From a virus (taxonomy: Duplodnaviria > Caudoviricetes): a stretch of 58,827 bases of DNA. This document shows, one piece after another, positions 56,924 to 58,827 of this stretch (within the stretch, counting starts at the first letter, position 1; each line of letters starts with the position of its first letter). Location of the stretch: positions 1-58,827 of the IMG/VR virus record IMGVR_UViG_3300021500_000001, one strand, 5' to 3'. The position numbers were made by a program, and so were the translations under genes. The notes beneath the pieces were generated by a model that saw nothing but the letters and a program-made list of their open reading frames with translations, was not told the DNA's origin and made no database searches.

Positions 56924-57144
56924 TGGAAACTTCAAAAGAATCCCTCTTAATGGCCGAAGACTCCAAGACCAGGGATGCTATCCTTTTTGATATGATGGAA
57001 AACATATCAAATAAGATAGATAGAACGAATGAAATCGAAGATAGAGTCAAGCGATGCGAGAGCAATATAACTTGTATAGGAAGAATAGGGGCGGCTCTGG
57101 CGACTCTTTTCAGTATAATAGCAACTTGGTTTAAATTTGGGTAA
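56923..57144 (+). CDS. Coiled coil plus C-terminal TM protein, holin-like
   Basis: Hydrophobic tail IGAALATLFSIIATWF. Confidence 0.55.
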   Translation: METSKESLLMAEDSKTRDAILFDMMENISNKIDRTNEIEDRVKRCESNITCIGRIGAALATLFSIIATWFKFG

Positions 57145-57150
57145 AAACAA

Positions 57151-57336
57151 TTAATTCCGGTAATGTGCAGGAATCGCAAGATTAATTAAGGATTCTACTT
57201 CCTTATTTAATTGTACATAACGTCTCCGAATAAAGAGTTCTTTGTCAGTACATAATGCCTCCGGCCTTTCAAAATTGCACATTGGGGCTAGTGCCTTGAT
57301 TTGGTCGATTAGAATCCTGAACATTGTTTTTTTCAT
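57151..57336 (-). CDS. Hypothetical protein
   Basis: ATGA overlap; AGGAG RBS. Confidence 0.55.
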   Translation of the reverse strand: MKKTMFRILIDQIKALAPMCNFERPEALCTDKELFIRRRYVQLNKEVESLINLAIPAHYRN

Positions 57337-57536
57337 TGTAGCTCCTGTCTTTTTCTTATATCATCGAACTTATCATCTCTTTCTTTTTTACTTTTAAAAA
57401 GAAAAACTATATCGGCTAATGGCGGGTAAAAATTTACAGAGATTACCGGACACTGTGTCCGGGCAAGATTGTGTGATATAAGATTACGTACTTTTTTGGG
57501 ATTTATTGATAATCCCCCTATTTGAATAAAATTCAT
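57333..57536 (-). CDS. Hypothetical protein
   Basis: GAAGGA RBS. Confidence 0.6.
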   Translation of the reverse strand: MNFIQIGGLSINPKKVRNLISHNLARTQCPVISVNFYPPLADIVFLFKSKKERDDKFDDIRKRQELQ

Positions 57537-57589
57537 ATTTCCTTCTCTGAATTTTCAGAATTTTCCAATTTCTATTCCACCCACCAAAT

Positions 57590-58408
57590 TTACGTGCGTA
57601 CATGAATGTCGATATAACGTTTGTCTTTTTTCTTTTTGATGTAAAAATCGATCCTTGCTACACCCGGATCTATTGGTTTAAACAATTTTCTGCTTGCCCA
57701 TGTGCTATATTCCCCTTCCAAGTAGGTATCCATAAATGATCCGGTATTTATGAAACGTTTTCTCTGTTTCTCATACTTGCCGTTTCTTGATATACCTGTT
57801 CGGCAAGTCCTTGTTTCCCATATGTCGTGAGTGTGCCCGGCGAGATAAATATCTGCATCATGTTCGGACGCAAGATCTTCCATTTTATTAACCTTGCTTC
57901 CCCTCTTCCTGCCACCAAGAAACTGTCCGTGAGTGCAAAAGATGGAAACCAATCTTTTTGAGCTTTTATAGTTAAACCTCAAAATAACATATGCCGGATC
58001 AGAGAGAACCGGTTTTTTAATTGCGTCTGCAATAACCTGCGTAGGGTCGTAACTGTAATGCTTTTTTACAGTTTCTTCATGGTTCCCCCCCATGACCGCT
58101 ATAACCTTCTCTTTAATAGGATCAATCAGTTTTAAAAAAGCTTCTACCTGTTTGTGGTGCAAGTTGTCTAAATGAACTTTAAATTCATCAGCTATGGATG
58201 TATTCTCAAATCTGCGATCCTTTGGGCATATACCATCGATCATGTCCCCGAGCAATATTGTTGAGGCTCCTTTTTTTGCCATCCAGTCTATCGTCTTCTT
58301 GGCGAAATCTTTATCATGGTCTACGTGGCCAATATGAACGTCTGAAATAGGGATGAGACAAAATGGGTTTTCCCAGTCAATCTCTACATCATGCATTATT
58401 ACTTTCAT
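57590..58408 (-). CDS. Calcineurin-like metallophosphoesterase
   Basis: SDVHIG, LGDMID, GNHE, THG and GHTH motifs. Confidence 0.9.
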   Translation of the reverse strand: MKVIMHDVEIDWENPFCLIPISDVHIGHVDHDKDFAKKTIDWMAKKGASTILLGDMIDGICPKDRRFENTSIADEFKVHLDNLHHKQVEAFLKLIDPIKEKVIAVMGGNHEETVKKHYSYDPTQVIADAIKKPVLSDPAYVILRFNYKSSKRLVSIFCTHGQFLGGRKRGSKVNKMEDLASEHDADIYLAGHTHDIWETRTCRTGISRNGKYEKQRKRFINTGSFMDTYLEGEYSTWASRKLFKPIDPGVARIDFYIKKKKDKRYIDIHVRT

Positions 58409-58577
58409 TTTTGCTCCCTGTATATCCTCTTAAAATAAAGGATGTTTTTGAGATAATTCTTTTAACGGGCCTTATCCTTCTACATGCTGGGCAATAAAGT
58501 ATCCATTCTAAATCTGTTATTGGATACTTCGTTGGTATAATCTTTCCACATTTCAAGCATTGATGTTCGTATTCCAT
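58389..58577 (-). CDS. FmdB-like zinc-ribbon protein
   Basis: YEHQCLKCG..CPAC..RIIS..SFILRG. Confidence 0.7.
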   Translation of the reverse strand: MEYEHQCLKCGKIIPTKYPITDLEWILYCPACRRIRPVKRIISKTSFILRGYTGSKNESNNA

Positions 58578-58601
58578 CTCAACCCCTAAACAAAGTACAA
58601 T

Positions 58602-58630
58602 ATTATAGTCGATCTCTGGTATTTTGTCAA
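58602..58630 (-). promoter_or_regulatory. Consensus sigma70 promoter
   Basis: TTGACA-17 bp-TATAAT, exact consensus. Confidence 0.85.
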
Positions 58631-58685
58631 TATCTGATCTGAAAAATTCCGGTTTCCTTTATAAAAATAGATATTTACCTTAACA

Positions 58686-58827
58686 GGCCACTGCCAATTT
58701 AGCAGTGGCCCACTACTTTCTTCTATTATATTAGTAACTTATAGCTTTTTGGGACACTACTCAAAAAGGTGTGGCCCACTTTTTTCTTTAATAATATCAA
58801 ATAGTTAAACCCTAAAATGGCTCTTTT
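58686..58827. repeat. Left part of iteron array A and the 188-bp repeat
   Basis: GGCCACTGCC..AGCAGTGGCCC and GGGACACTACT..GTGGCCC; identical to 14472 onward from position 58701. Confidence 0.85.

Larger units (their letters stand above)
1..58827. mobile_element. Tailed bacteriophage genome (podovirus-like), probably complete
   Basis: TerL, portal, scaffold, MCP, tail, ejection, lysozyme and replication genes; no host housekeeping genes; 1-50 is identical to 58778-58827; no tape measure or sheath gene recognised. Confidence 0.95.

Noticed and set aside
58778-58827. 50-bp terminal identity as a biological terminal repeat
   Set aside because: More consistent with an assembler overlap, and it falls inside the 188-bp internal repeat

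Overview
The window looks like a near-complete tailed dsDNA phage genome (Caudoviricetes, podovirus-like gene set). The first and last 50 bp are identical, implying a circle of about 58,777 bp, although that overlap lies inside a repeat. 0.3-10.4 kb is a replication module transcribed from back-to-back sigma70-type promoters (TOPRIM primase, VRR-NUC, DUF1937-like protein, HNH, MTase, SNF2 helicase, SSB-like protein, UvrD-like helicase). 10.5-14.3 kb holds small accessory and XRE genes, a signal-peptide lysozyme and a TerS candidate. 15-57 kb holds TerL, portal, scaffold, major capsid, tail and ejection genes, including a 3,468-aa polyvalent protein. 57-58.6 kb is a leftward metallophosphoesterase operon. 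I saw no integrase, DNA polymerase, tRNA, CRISPR or reverse transcriptase. Highlights: (1) an orphan SPPY methyltransferase whose 3' end is fused into an integron attC site, apparently a captured host cassette that may have lost a restriction gene; (2) two arrays of GGGCCACTGCT/AGCAGTGGCCC inverted iterons with IHF-like boxes that share an identical 188-bp core and bracket the 14.5-kb replication module, suggesting a bipartite origin; (3) a Tad1-family anti-defence sponge; (4) a giant ejection-type protein with two ART-like domains, a JAB domain and a zincin-like domain. All family calls come from recognising motifs by eye; no database searches were run.
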